Assembly (NCBI GenBank): GCA_050302075.1
Contig: JBNLAH010000001.1
Span: 228,157-292,156 of the forward strand
Length of the DNA: 64,000 nt
Direction: 5' to 3'
DNA from: Parachlamydiales bacterium
GTDB lineage: Bacteria; Chlamydiota; Chlamydiia; Chlamydiales; SM23-39
How positions within the stretch are numbered: the stretch's first letter is position 1; every line of letters begins with the position of its first letter. The position numbers were made by a program, and so were the translations under genes. Below are positions 10,413-20,055 of the stretch, in pieces. Under the pieces are notes generated by a model. The model did no database searches, was not told where the DNA came from, and saw only the letters and a list, made by a program, of their open reading frames with translations.

Positions 10413-13250
10413 ATGAAGAAAATAATATTTTTATTTCTTGCAGTTTTTGCATCTAATTATTGTTACTCTATTGAAGAAAACCACCATAAAGACAGGCTTT
10501 TAAAAATTCTGGAACTTATGCAGGAAAGATTCCTTTTTTCCACTCATAAAAAAGAAAGTGTAGAGAACAATAAAATTATTTTTCAGGAAGTGGATGAAAT
10601 TGTAGAACAAACTCTTAAAACATATCCTGAAGATTTATCATTAAGGGTTCTCTGCATTCGTTTGTTATACATTCAAGGAAATCACTATCTTTACAGAGAT
10701 CTGCCAGTATTAGCACAGAAAAAATTGCTTACAGCAAAAGAACTTTGTGAAAAAGAACTCTCTCCTCTTTGCGAATCAGTAGAAAAAATCTGTGAGGAAC
10801 TTGTTAATGCTGACAACCGTCTACCTTCTTTTTACGCTATGGTTTTGCGCCTTCTTGGAAAAGCTTATATTTTTTCTTCAGACTCTCACAACAAACTATT
10901 AAAAGATGAAGGGGAAGCCTTGTTAAGACAGGCTATAAAAATTCGAGAGCATATCGACAGTCAATCAGAAACCGGATGTTATCAAGATACAATTGACAAT
11001 GCCATCATCGGTAATACTCATATTTTTAAAAGGGAACTAGCTTCTTATATTATTCTTGATAAAGGTGAGCTTGATGAGGCAGAAAACCTTTTTTTAGAGA
11101 TGCTAAAGATCGATGATCCTATGAATCAACAGTTATGTCTAAAAAGACTCATGGTCATTTATCAGAGAAAGGGACAGAAAAAAGACACATTATTAGAAAG
11201 ACAATGCCAATATAAAAATGCTATTGAAACAGCTAATAAACTAATTCAGTATTTAGAGAAAAATCCTGAAATTTTTCGCATCTCTCTTATACTGACCCAA
11301 ATTGGGCAACTTTATTTTGATCCGCAAAATCCTTTTCGTGATTTAGAAATTAGTCGCAAATTTTTTGAGCAGGCAAAAAAAACATGTTCTGATGAATTAA
11401 AGTCGATTTCCATTTTGTTACATCAAGGATTATCCAAGGTTTACCAAGAAATTGCTAAGAAAGAAGAATGGAAATATGCTGAAATATCCAGTACAACATA
11501 TTTGCGAGAATTATCTCAGGCGCCTGAGAGAAAAGTTGTTGCTTATGAGCAACTTGGAGACCTTTATTTTGAGCAGAAAAAATATATTGTTGCCACAACA
11601 CTTTATAGCAATGCTTTAAGCATTCTTCGCAAGTTTCCTGATTTGCTCGATAATCCATTGTGGGTGCGTCTTATGCAAAAAATGGAAAAAGTAGAGAGAA
11701 GTGTTTTTCCAGCTAAAGACCAGGACCTATTGTTATATACTCAAAGCTTGTCAACTTATCGGAAGAGATTGGATAAGATGCGTCAAAAAGCAAAAGATAT
11801 GATTGGTAATAAGCCAGTGAAAGAGGTCTTTGAATATATCACATTGGAGTATAAAAAATTGATACAATTGATATTAAAAGATCTTGGTGCAAATGAATCT
11901 TTCCCTCCTTTTACGCTAATCTGTGGAGGTTCCATGAGTTGGAATGTCGCAACACCTTACTCTGACGTGGAGCTAGCTTTTTTGATAGATTCTGAAAGAT
12001 CTGAAATAGAAAAAACAATGATTAAGAAGTTAGCTACCTTATTGACTCTTAGACTTAATGCGATTGGAGAGGCTCCTGCCGGTTGTTTAAAATTGGATTC
12101 TCTTTCTTGGTTGGGTGTCGATGAAGGCCCATCTCCTCGGGGGATCATGCTTGACCCATTCCAGTTAGCCACGCCTCAAAAATATTTTATTGGAACTCCA
12201 GAAGAGTTTGCTTTACTTCAAAAAAACCTTTCAACTGTTCAAAAAAATGATTCTCGCAGTATGACCCAATTTGGTTCTTCATTTATGCATGCTTCATTTG
12301 TATTTGGTAACCAGAAGCTTCATTTGCTCTATAAAAATCAATTACAAAATATATTCAGTCCACAGGAAAAAAAGGAAATTTCTAATGATAGAATAAAAAA
12401 AGACCTAACTCGTTGGGAGATAAAACATGCTCGGGATGCCTATGGGGAAAGGTGCAGTGTAAAGCATGATCTTTATAGAGTGCTTGATATAATCCTTTAT
12501 GATTTGGCTTTTCGATTTTCAATGCTTGAGGCAAAAGACCTTTGGGAGGTTTTCGAAAAGTTAGAGGCTCGTGGAATTATAGACCATAAAATGGCAACTA
12601 ATGGACTTAAAATTCTTGACCTGATCGGTGAATTGAGGATCAAAACCTATCTTTCAGCTCAGTGTCAAAGAGAGTGGATTGACCCTCAAACAGCTGAAAT
12701 TGCAATGATCCGGGATTTTCTAAAATCCTTATATGAACATGTTAAAGATCTTATTCCTGAAGTAAATCTAAAGGATATTACTTCTTCAGACAGCATTGAG
12801 TCTTTATTGAAAAAACTTGTTTTTAATAAAGCATTTTATGGTGCTAACCATCCTGTTGTATCTCAAAGCCATGCCCAACTTGGTTTGGCTTTAATAAAAA
12901 TTAAACATTTTCATGAAGCTGCCCACGAGTTCAAAAAGGCTATAAGTATAGATAGTTTTATCTACGGTACTCATCATCCCAGAGTGGAAAATTACCATCG
13001 TCAGCTTGAGTTTTGCCAGGAAAAAATAGACTCCCAAAATATACTTTCTATTACACCTTGTCACAGTCATTGTAAAGAGTTAGAGTTTATAATTTCCCAT
13101 CCTTCTTACAAGTCTTTTGACTTAAAATTGCAAGCGTTATCAGCTTTAAGGCAGGGGGATTTATTTAGAGCTAATGTTTTTTTTGATTTATCTAAGATTG
13201 TCTTTGATTGTTATCACAAAGATTGTCAACCTTGTAAGCACGAATTCTAG
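10413..13250 (+). CDS. exported TPR-repeat protein with DUF294/GlnE-like nucleotidyltransferase domain
   Basis: signal peptide; TPR-like helices; GGSMSWNVATPYSDVE (GS...SDxE NTase motif); C-terminal HPVV/HPRV TPR units. Confidence 0.65.
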   Translation: MKKIIFLFLAVFASNYCYSIEENHHKDRLLKILELMQERFLFSTHKKESVENNKIIFQEVDEIVEQTLKTYPEDLSLRVLCIRLLYIQGNHYLYRDLPVLAQKKLLTAKELCEKELSPLCESVEKICEELVNADNRLPSFYAMVLRLLGKAYIFSSDSHNKLLKDEGEALLRQAIKIREHIDSQSETGCYQDTIDNAIIGNTHIFKRELASYIILDKGELDEAENLFLEMLKIDDPMNQQLCLKRLMVIYQRKGQKKDTLLERQCQYKNAIETANKLIQYLEKNPEIFRISLILTQIGQLYFDPQNPFRDLEISRKFFEQAKKTCSDELKSISILLHQGLSKVYQEIAKKEEWKYAEISSTTYLRELSQAPERKVVAYEQLGDLYFEQKKYIVATTLYSNALSILRKFPDLLDNPLWVRLMQKMEKVERSVFPAKDQDLLLYTQSLSTYRKRLDKMRQKAKDMIGNKPVKEVFEYITLEYKKLIQLILKDLGANESFPPFTLICGGSMSWNVATPYSDVELAFLIDSERSEIEKTMIKKLATLLTLRLNAIGEAPAGCLKLDSLSWLGVDEGPSPRGIMLDPFQLATPQKYFIGTPEEFALLQKNLSTVQKNDSRSMTQFGSSFMHASFVFGNQKLHLLYKNQLQNIFSPQEKKEISNDRIKKDLTRWEIKHARDAYGERCSVKHDLYRVLDIILYDLAFRFSMLEAKDLWEVFEKLEARGIIDHKMATNGLKILDLIGELRIKTYLSAQCQREWIDPQTAEIAMIRDFLKSLYEHVKDLIPEVNLKDITSSDSIESLLKKLVFNKAFYGANHPVVSQSHAQLGLALIKIKHFHEAAHEFKKAISIDSFIYGTHHPRVENYHRQLEFCQEKIDSQNILSITPCHSHCKELEFIISHPSYKSFDLKLQALSALRQGDLFRANVFFDLSKIVFDCYHKDCQPCKHEF

Positions 13251-13338
13251 ATATGCCTGTGCCTACTAGTTCAGAAAATACTATCAAATTATCCTCTATA
13301 GTCTGCTTGTATTTGCATCAAGTTATTCTTTAATATAT

Positions 13339-13821
13339 TTAAGAATTAACTTGGGGTTTAGGAGAGTGAAAATAGGAAATAAGTTGCTTTGCATTTAAAG
13401 CAAAAAGAGCAATGAAAAGAATGCTTAATGGACTTGATAAATGCATTGAGAGGCCACATCCAAAAATCATTATAACACAGCTCATAATCTTTGCAGCTAT
13501 CATCCAAACTTTATCTAAAGCACTAAAAAGTTTCTCAAGCTTTGGAAGATTTCCAATATTTGCAATTTTTTGTATTCCATACGTCAGAAGAGGCATTGTA
13601 AGTCCAACACTTCCTAATGAAATAATACTTAAATCACTAAGATACAACTCAGATGCTGCAGCCATTAGAAAGATTGAGGAAGCAGGTTGCTGTAAGATTT
13701 TTCCAGCTACCCGTGTAATAGAAGATTCTGAGGATGTCTCCATAAGATTTCCAGCTGCTGAAGACACTCCTACTGAAGCTTCTAAATACATAATTAAATC
13801 ATGTAAATATATTGGACCCAT
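13339..13821 (-). CDS. hydrophobic membrane protein, paralog copy 1 of 3
   Basis: MGPIYL...KILQQPA...QKIANI.NLPKLEK.FS.LDKV shared with 18838-19332 and 21909-22409. Confidence 0.8.
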   Translation of the reverse strand: MGPIYLHDLIMYLEASVGVSSAAGNLMETSSESSITRVAGKILQQPASSIFLMAAASELYLSDLSIISLGSVGLTMPLLTYGIQKIANIGNLPKLEKLFSALDKVWMIAAKIMSCVIMIFGCGLSMHLSSPLSILFIALFALNAKQLISYFHSPKPQVNS

Positions 13822-14135
13822 AATTACTATTAGTTGATTAATTGTAAATTAATTATATATTAATGATAACTAAAAAACAAGAAATTGAATTATTATCAAT
13901 AATAATTTGATAGACACGTTATAATATAAAACTCAACTTTAAGTAAAATTATTTTTTTAAATAAACTAAAAATCTTTGCTTTAAGCGTTTATAAAAAAGA
14001 TAAATAAGTATGATTTTTTATAAAATAAAATGTTACAAATAATTTTAGACTTAGTTCTTATATTTTCTATAAAATTTTTTATAGTATTCTAGAAACATTT
14101 AAGCTTTCAGCTAGTTCGGAATATGTCTAAACAAA

Positions 14136-14171
14136 TGGAGATAAAGAGAAGTGTTCAGAATTTTTAACTGG
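14136..14171 (+). repeat. junction element J1 (degenerate)
   Basis: TGGAGATAAAGAGAAGTGTTCAGAATTTTTAACTGG; 27/36 identical to J7. Confidence 0.75.
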
Positions 14172-14296
14172 AAGGAATTTTCAAACAAAATTGGGCAATA
14201 GGCTGTTTAGCCAACAGTTTGTTGTCTAATTAATAGTGATCTAATTTCATAGCCTCCTCAATGACGTGTTTGGAGCTATTAATTGTCTGCTAGGTT

Positions 14297-15586
14297 TTAG
14301 TTTTTACTGTTTAAAGTCTTAAAGCTAGCTCTGTAGCTTGCAACTATGAGTAGTACCATCAAAATAAAAACAAGTATCTTAAGATAGAGAGCTATAGCAG
14401 CAATTGATCCAAAGGTAACTAAGAGTCCTTGCGTGGTCAGTGATGGAACTGCCATCATAATAGGAAGTGCGATCATCTCAGTAACGATTTTGGTTTTGAA
14501 TCGGTTTTGATAGGGTAGATAGAGATATAATATTTGAGTTAAAGGGAAGAACAGAAAGCTAGCAGTAGTCACAAGAAGTCCATTAAAGACTCCTAGCCCT
14601 GGCCAAGATAAAGAGGAACTTAGAAAGATAATCCCTCCTACCAGGATAGATAGGGAGGCATAGAGAGCGGTGGTTTTCCATCCTTTCTTTAAAATGAGCC
14701 AGGTACCTAATATTACCCAAATAATAGAAATTGCAATTGTTGCAGAGACTACAAATCTTAAGTAACTGCCCATAAAAAGTTGGTAATCAGCTGGTTTCAG
14801 AGACTGAGTCTTAATCTGGAACTTAATGAGAATATCTAAAAAGTTTTTGATCATAGTAGAACCAGCTAATAAATAAGCAGCGCTTAAGATAGGAAAGTGA
14901 GTTTGTGATGAAGAAGACTCTTGGGGATGGATCAAACTATCCGGCAATCTTTTCCATGACCAGTTGAAGGTGAAGAAAGAAAAGACTACGAGGGCTATAG
15001 CTGGAATAACCATAGCCATTAGGGACCATTTGGAGGCGCCAATTGCCATTAAGCCTAAATTTGATACAATGGCTCCAGCAACACCCAAGACAAATGCAAG
15101 TGGAATATAATATTTTATTCCTTCAGGTAGGGAAGAAATACGATTAATAAACCCCCAGACAAATAGTGAATAAAGACTAAAGTTGAAAACACTTAGCATT
15201 ATGTACATCAGAGATATAACCCAGTGAGTTATCAAAGGTTTATATATTCCAAACGCTTCTGGTACCCCATTCAGTACCAAATGTTCTTGAAAAAACATTA
15301 GCCCAGTAAGAAGAACTATTACTCCTGTTAAAGCGATTAAAGTGCCCCTAAATACTTTTTCGAAGGGTTTGTAAATTGAAAAAATAAGAAGAGAGAGTGC
15401 CAGGATTATTTGGGGTAAGAATGTAGATACTTTAAGAGCTGGAATTTGAGCAAATCCTAGTTGTTTTCCTATGAGGGCATTTTGAGATAAATGAAAAAGA
15501 GTACTGCTACAAGAGAGGAGCACCAACAGCCATAAAGCTGGAAGAAAGATGAATTTTATGGCTTTTCGTAAGTTGGCATTTGTCAT
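14297..15586 (-). CDS. divergent Npt1/Npt2 (TLC/NTT) family nucleotide transporter-like protein
   Basis: multi-pass membrane protein; SLFVWGFINRI...EG.KYY, KKGWKTTA and YL.LP...RFKTK resemble NTT signature segments. Confidence 0.65.
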   Translation of the reverse strand: MTNANLRKAIKFIFLPALWLLVLLSCSSTLFHLSQNALIGKQLGFAQIPALKVSTFLPQIILALSLLIFSIYKPFEKVFRGTLIALTGVIVLLTGLMFFQEHLVLNGVPEAFGIYKPLITHWVISLMYIMLSVFNFSLYSLFVWGFINRISSLPEGIKYYIPLAFVLGVAGAIVSNLGLMAIGASKWSLMAMVIPAIALVVFSFFTFNWSWKRLPDSLIHPQESSSSQTHFPILSAAYLLAGSTMIKNFLDILIKFQIKTQSLKPADYQLFMGSYLRFVVSATIAISIIWVILGTWLILKKGWKTTALYASLSILVGGIIFLSSSLSWPGLGVFNGLLVTTASFLFFPLTQILYLYLPYQNRFKTKIVTEMIALPIMMAVPSLTTQGLLVTFGSIAAIALYLKILVFILMVLLIVASYRASFKTLNSKN

Positions 15587-15863
15587 GATAAATCCTGTTT
15601 TTTTAATTTTTTAAGCCGCTTGTACTTATAAGCTCATTTTTTCTATCTGATTTTCAACATGCAATCGGGTGCTCTATTCTACATTTTTTAGAACGATTGT
15701 TGCAAAAGGAAAGGAAGTTGGATGCTTCCTTTGCGGTTTCCTTTTTTTAGAGAAAATCTTTCTTAAGGATTTGACTTCATATTAAAATCTGATGGATTTG
15801 CATCTTTATCAGGGTTTTCAATTAAGAGCTTAAAGACTGAGATTGGATACAAAAAGTGTCCAA

Positions 15864-15899
15864 CCAGGTAGGAAGGATGCATTCAGAACTTTTGATTGG
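15864..15899 (+). repeat. junction element J2
   Basis: right 24 bp GATGCATTCAGAACTTTTGATTGG is 23/24 identical to J7; left half degenerate; left flank 15837-15863 is 25/27 identical to 17887-17913. Confidence 0.85.
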
Positions 15900-15966
15900 A
15901 AAAAAGTTGAATCAACTGATATGGTGCCCTTGCTAAAAATAAGGTTTTTGCACAAGAGCTAGTATT

Positions 15967-16806
15967 TTGAAAAAACTCTCTCTACTCCTTTTTCTATTGG
16001 TTATTTCTAAGGGACTTGCTGAAGAGAAATTAACAAGTCATTCATTGCCTACAGTTGTCATCACTTGCGCCTCAGGTGAACTAGGAGGAGCAATAGGAAA
16101 AAAATTGGCAAGTGCAAATAATTTGATTTTGACTGGTCGAAATCTAAAGAAACTTCAAATTCTTCAAAAAGAATTACAATCTAAATTCCCACACAATTAC
16201 GAAATAATTTTGCTAGACTATTGTGATTCATCTTCCATTCATGAATTTGAGAAAACTTTAAAAGTTAAAAAATCTGAAATTTCAGGCCTAGTTTTAATAA
16301 CGCCACGCCCCCAGTTTTGCAGTAGCCTACTAGAGTCTGAAGCAAATTGGATGAGTTTATTTCGACTTACTTTTACAGGTCCTATAGAGGTTCTCAAAAA
16401 AGTATTATCTCACACAGCCTCTCTACGTAAAATAGTTGTAATAGCGGGAACAACATCTGTTCAGCTGATCCCTGAGTATGGACCTACTTGTGTCATAAGA
16501 AGAATGTGGACGACTTATGTGAAAGCACTATCGCACCAGTTGGGTTCTAAAGGAATTTGTATAAACGCCTTATCACCAGGAGTTGTATTAACAGACTTCC
16601 ATGTTGAAAGAATAGCAATTAAAGCAAGACAAAATTATATTGATTACAATGATCAGATGAAGCAAGAGGTCGCGCAAATTCCTCTAGGACGTCATGCACT
16701 ACCTAGAGAAGTAGCGCAAACTGTAAAATTCCTTTTATCAAATGACTCAGACTTTATCAACGGAATCAATTTAGTGGTTGATGGGGGATCTACATTAAGC
16801 TATTAA
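15967..16806 (+). CDS. SDR family oxidoreductase (atypical), N-terminal signal-like segment
   Basis: VITCASGELG, NALSPG and INGINLVVDGG motifs; canonical YxxxK not evident. Confidence 0.8.
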   Translation: MKKLSLLLFLLVISKGLAEEKLTSHSLPTVVITCASGELGGAIGKKLASANNLILTGRNLKKLQILQKELQSKFPHNYEIILLDYCDSSSIHEFEKTLKVKKSEISGLVLITPRPQFCSSLLESEANWMSLFRLTFTGPIEVLKKVLSHTASLRKIVVIAGTTSVQLIPEYGPTCVIRRMWTTYVKALSHQLGSKGICINALSPGVVLTDFHVERIAIKARQNYIDYNDQMKQEVAQIPLGRHALPREVAQTVKFLLSNDSDFINGINLVVDGGSTLSY

Positions 16807-16971
16807 TGCTTATTTACCGTCTTTTTAAGTTTGGGAATAAAGAGAAATGAATTTTTCTAGATATGAGGTTTTTTCATTTAACGCTCTTTCCTAATTAAGG
16901 CATCAGAAGCTAGATCAACAACTATTTATGAGCCAGATAATAATTAACAAACCGACTGTCAAAGGGTACTT

Positions 16972-17502
16972 ATGAAACAGTTAAAGGAAACTATGCCTTC
17001 GCAGCTTGTTAAGTCTCTCGAAGAGATATACCAGCCGGCTGGCTTGAATATTCGTGATTTTGAAAGAGAAACCGAGAGTCAAGATTATGGAGCCTGTCGA
17101 TTCAGGCTAAATAGTCAAAAGATTGTGTTTCGTGTTGCAAAGACTACTCCAAAAAAAGTTGGACAATTTGTTGTTATATGGAAAAGAGCTGCAAGTGGTG
17201 TTATTGAGCCCTATGAAGTAAAAGACGATGTAAATTTTTTTGTAATTGCAGTACAAGCAAATGGCCATGTAGGTCAGTTTGTATTTCCTAAAAATGTTTT
17301 GCATGCAAAAGGAATTCTTTCAGGGAAAGGCTCTGAGGGCAAAAGAGCAATTAGGGTCTTTCCTGTATGGGATATTACTACAAGTCGACAAGCTAAGAAT
17401 ACTCAAGCATGGCAGCTTGATTATTTTTTCGAAATCACTAAAAATCAAGAAGAGAACATTTCAAATATTCAAAAAAGGTATAAGTATGACAATAAGTCCT
17501 AA
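16972..17502 (+). CDS. MepB family protein
   Basis: FRVAKTTPKKVGQFV.IWKR, GQFVFP, GKRAIRV.P.W and TQAWQL motifs. Confidence 0.85.
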   Translation: MKQLKETMPSQLVKSLEEIYQPAGLNIRDFERETESQDYGACRFRLNSQKIVFRVAKTTPKKVGQFVVIWKRAASGVIEPYEVKDDVNFFVIAVQANGHVGQFVFPKNVLHAKGILSGKGSEGKRAIRVFPVWDITTSRQAKNTQAWQLDYFFEITKNQEENISNIQKRYKYDNKS

Positions 17503-17857
17503 GCCCAACCTCCAGCTTGTTTATGTATCTGATATAAAGCATTCAACAGATTTTTATAAAATGATTTTTAAGGCTGAACCAGTGTTTACAAGTCCTCGTT
17601 ATGTGGCATTTTCGGCTGGAGAAGGCGCATTGTTTGCTATTTGGGCAGGAGGAACAGTTCCTGATGTATCTTCTCCCAGATATTCTGAGGTGGGAATTAT
17701 GCTACCTTCTAATGAAGCTGTAGACCAGCTCTATGAGGAATGGAAGCAGAATTCTGATATTAACATCGTTCAGGAACCCCAGACTGAAGTTTTTGGTCGT
17801 ACTTTTCTTGTAAAAGACCCTGATGGTCATATTATTCGCGTTTGCCTAAAAGATTAA
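17486..17857 (+). CDS. VOC/glyoxalase-bleomycin resistance family protein
   Basis: LVYVSDI..S.DFY and FGRTFLVKDPDGHIIRV; ATG 17486 overlaps the end of the MepB gene. Confidence 0.85.
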   Translation: MTISPKPNLQLVYVSDIKHSTDFYKMIFKAEPVFTSPRYVAFSAGEGALFAIWAGGTVPDVSSPRYSEVGIMLPSNEAVDQLYEEWKQNSDINIVQEPQTEVFGRTFLVKDPDGHIIRVCLKD

Positions 17858-17918
17858 TGAAATAAGATGTTCAAACCCGTAATCCGCTGAGATTGGATGA
17901 AAAAAGTGTCCAATTAAT

Positions 17919-17954
17919 TGGAGGTGGAGAGACTCGTTCAGAACTTTTAATTTG
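17919..17954 (+). repeat. junction element J3
   Basis: TGGAGGTGGAGAGACTCGTTCAGAACTTTTAATTTG; 32/36 identical to J7; first 14 bp identical to the tmRNA 3' end. Confidence 0.92.
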
Positions 17955-18209
17955 ATGAAAGCTCATCAAAGTTCTCTCTTTTTAAACTCCTTTTATCATA
18001 TCCCCAGATCAGAGTCTTACGTGTTTCTAGTTTAGACAATTTTGTGCTTTCAAACCGACTTTCAGAAACGCTTTAAACTTCATGATCTATTTTTCTGGGA
18101 TGTCTCCAAAATTTCTCTTTTAAAAATAGTTTATTGGTAAATTTTAAGTTGTTTTTTTTGTTAATATTGATAAAGTTTTGCCCCACTTTAGAAACCTAAG
18201 GAGTATAAT

Positions 18210-18755
18210 ATGTGTGTTAGTTTTAGAAAACTTGGTACTGCGATTCTTGGAGCAAGTGCAGCTGGTTATGCTGCTGGAAGATTTAGCAATCAAAGACAAG
18301 TGCAAGCACAAATAGATGCTAGGGTAGAAAGTGCATATCTGCAGGCGCAACGAGAGGCAAAAGCTAAGATGCGCGAGCAAATGTACAATCGACTAGGAAT
18401 TGTGAGATTTGGTAATGCGCGAGCAAATTATGCTCCTGCTTTTGTTGTAGCAACAGTACCTCCATTTTCTGATATGCCAGTAGCTAAATTTGAAGGAGGG
18501 GGCATCCTTCCTGGTAGTGGTATAATGATGGACAAGGTGCGTATGACTGGCCAAAATGTATCTGAATGTCTAGCTGAATGTGTGGATGCTATAGAAGAGG
18601 ATCAAGCTCTTATTGTTATACACGATGGGCAGGCAGTGTTCGTTATAGGTTGTGGAGGACGTCCTGAATCGGATTGGAGTGCAGTACGCAAAGCTTTAGG
18701 AATTAATGAAAGTGTTTCAGGGGGGAAGATAACAGATGTTGACAATAGCATCTAA
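18210..18755 (+). CDS. hypothetical protein with N-terminal hydrophobic segment and short coiled coil
   Basis: 181-aa ORF preceded by an AAGGAG ribosome-binding site. Confidence 0.65.
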   Translation: MCVSFRKLGTAILGASAAGYAAGRFSNQRQVQAQIDARVESAYLQAQREAKAKMREQMYNRLGIVRFGNARANYAPAFVVATVPPFSDMPVAKFEGGGILPGSGIMMDKVRMTGQNVSECLAECVDAIEEDQALIVIHDGQAVFVIGCGGRPESDWSAVRKALGINESVSGGKITDVDNSI

Positions 18756-18837
18756 TGTGAGTTGATTCAGAAAATACTATCAAATCATTCTCTCTAGCCT
18801 TCTTATAATTGCATGTCAAGCTGTTCTTTTAATATAT

Positions 18838-19332
18838 TTAAGAATTGACTTGGGCTTTAGAATTTTGAAAATAGGGCATAAGTTGCTTTGTATATAAAAC
18901 AGCATTTAATGCAAAAAGACCTATGAAAAGAAGGATTAGTGGACTTGATAAAGATGCTGAGAGGTTATACCCAATAATCATTGCACCACAGCTCATAACC
19001 TTTGCAGCTATCGACAAAACTTTATCTAAAGTACTAAAAAATTTCTCAAGCTTTGGAAGATTTGCAATGTTTGCAATTTTTTGCATTCCATGCGTTATAA
19101 GAGGCGCTATTAGCCCAATGCATCCTGATAAAATAGTGATTTCGTTTCTATAGTAAAAACCAGATACTATGCTCATTGTAAAGAGTGAGAAAGCAGGTTG
19201 CTGTAAAATTTTTCCAGCTATCTTACTAGTAGAAGATTCTGGTCTTGTTTCAATAAAGTTTCCAGCTGTTGAAGACAATCCTGTTGCAGCCATCAAGTAC
19301 ATAAATGGCCTATCTAAATATCCTGGTCCCAT
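18838..19332 (-). CDS. hydrophobic membrane protein, paralog copy 2 of 3
   Basis: homologous to 13339-13821 and 21909-22409, including the flanks. Confidence 0.8.
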   Translation of the reverse strand: MGPGYLDRPFMYLMAATGLSSTAGNFIETRPESSTSKIAGKILQQPAFSLFTMSIVSGFYYRNEITILSGCIGLIAPLITHGMQKIANIANLPKLEKFFSTLDKVLSIAAKVMSCGAMIIGYNLSASLSSPLILLFIGLFALNAVLYTKQLMPYFQNSKAQVNS

Positions 19333-19843
19333 AATTTTACCTATTATTAATAGGTCTCTATTTTATATTAATTAAAATAAATAAACAAGAAACTAGATTA
19401 TTTTATAATTACTTTGGGTATATATTGTAATTTAATTTCTAGTTTTTTATTTAAAATGTTATATTATTAATTGCCGTAAATAACTGCAAGTTTGTTTCTT
19501 ATATTTTTTCCCCATTTATACTAATTTGTAGATATCTGAGAAATATTTCAAAGTAATAAAAATTTTTTTTTAATGTTTGTCTTCAATTGCGCTCAGTTAT
19601 TTTAATCTATTCAAATATATTTCTAAAAAACTGGGATTAGGAAATTACTTGTAAGTCTTATGATATAATTCATAAGATCATTGTAAAATTCAATTAAGTT
19701 AAGTCAAAATAAAGCGAAACAAAAAGCAAACTGAATGAAGCTTTTGCCTTAAAAGTAAACATTGCTCGTAAAAGATAAGCTTTCTTTCACAATCGAAAAA
19801 AAACTTAACAAGTCCCTCAACATAAATGTTTTCATTTGCAAAA

Positions 19844-19879
19844 TGGAGGTGGAGAGACGAGTTCAGAACTTTTGACTAT
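19844..19879 (+). repeat. junction element J4
   Basis: TGGAGGTGGAGAGACGAGTTCAGAACTTTTGACTAT; 31/36 identical to J7. Confidence 0.92.
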
Positions 19880-20055
19880 GCTTTGAAAAGAAATCTTTTT
19901 CATTTACGTGGGAGAGGATGTTAAGTAGATCATTTTTATACAAGACAAAAAGGGAACATAAATAAAACTGCATTCAGCTTTTATCTTCAAAATAAATAAA
20001 TATATCTGCCATAATTTTCCGATTTAAAAAACATATCTTTAAATGGATTTAGATT

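Noticed and set aside
13412..13837. + strand ORFs opposite the membrane paralogs (also 18923-19153 and 19169-19375)
   Set aside because: Antisense shadows; not kept intact across the three copies, unlike the minus-strand frame.
17279..17485. N-terminal extension of the VOC ORF
   Set aside because: Overlaps the MepB gene in another frame; ATG 17486 gives a normal-length VOC protein.
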